Both the position numbers and the translations under genes were made by a program. DNA of 64,000 nt, from positions 1,240,001-1,304,000 of the forward strand of contig CM120649.1 of assembly GCA_051362555.1 (NCBI GenBank). The letters are read 5' to 3'. The stretch's first letter is position 1; the number at the start of each line of letters is the position of its first letter. This document shows positions 63,190 through 64,000 of the stretch, one piece after another. The notes below the pieces were generated by a model. It had not been told where the DNA came from. It saw only the letters and a list, made by a program, of their open reading frames with translations, and searched no databases. Source of the DNA: Lingula anatina (lineage: Eukaryota; Animalia; Brachiopoda).

Positions 63190-64000
63190 ATAATCAAGAT
63201 TTACTTGCACCCAATCATTCAGTGTGGCTTGGTGGGAAAATGCCAGATCAATTTCCTAAATGTAAATTAACAAAAAAAGGTAACAATAGTTATTTTTATT
63301 CATATTGTAACTTGAAATACAGTAGGAAAACACAGAATTTAACATTTTTCAAATTCATTTCATTAAGTTATATTTCAATTAAATGATACCTGAGCTAGAA
63401 TATATACTTTCAAAACAGATTTACTCTTAACACTACACCAAATCTAAAATCAAGCCACTATAACTTACAAATACACATGACACAGGTAATTGATTTAATT
63501 GGGCCAGCTGAGCTGTGTACAAATGTACATTGTACTGTAGCCTTGACACTAATTGACAATAATGCTAACCAGGTATTAAAGAGGTAGATGACAGCAGATA
63601 AAATCCAAAGAGCACCATAACTGATAACAAATTACACCCAAGCCAATGAAGAGAGCCTTTATAATGTAAGTCGAAACCTTGCCTGGGTATTTCCACACGT
63701 TTTTACAACACAGTCTCCACCCAAACTTTTTGGGTACTAGTAACATGCAGTGTACGTGCGCTCCAAACTTCTACCCCTCGGTCTTTGGTTTTCTACTTTT
63801 TTTCATTTATGGTAAAGGCTGCACTGCTGGGTCTTCATTCTTTGCTGTAAAATAAATTAGTTTTATCCTTTACTTGTCCGATGAGTCTTGATTCAAAGCC
63901 ACTCCTCGGTCTCTCCTCTGTTTACGATTTCCGTCCCTACACCTTGGATTGTTACCACTGCAGGCAGTCTGTGAACGCTTGTTAAGTTAGTTATCTTCTC

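Overview
AT-rich, intron-containing animal (invertebrate) genomic DNA with microsatellites and MITEs. It is not prokaryotic, so most ORF-track entries are exon fragments or noise. Manual splicing with GT-AG sites and consistent intron phases gives three + strand genes. (1) A 5'-truncated 12-exon gene (214-10847, about 796 aa visible) with an unassigned Cys/beta-rich region and one C-terminal, Cys-depleted VWD domain that retains GDPH. (2) A 5-exon type-I membrane CAP/SCP-domain gene (18732-26566, 463 aa) with a degenerate CAP tetrad. (3) A 27-exon polycystin-1-like (PKD1L/REJ-family) gene (35635-56239, about 2072 aa): signal peptide, C-type lectin, Sushi, mucin stalk, GAIN-like region, PLAT, 11-TM region. 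Its GPS autoproteolysis motif has lost all four Cys and the H-L|T site, and an RRLL site-1-protease-type motif lies just upstream. The - strand carries a young, 5'-truncated non-LTR retrotransposon with a 7-bp TSD (27849-31509), a single-exon parallel beta-helix/Cys-rich membrane-protein gene broken by a TAG just before its first TM helix (57891-60370), and possible decayed exons at the right edge. Several MITE families and a perfect 36-bp-arm palindrome are also present. All gene models are by-eye and need RNA-seq or HMM confirmation.
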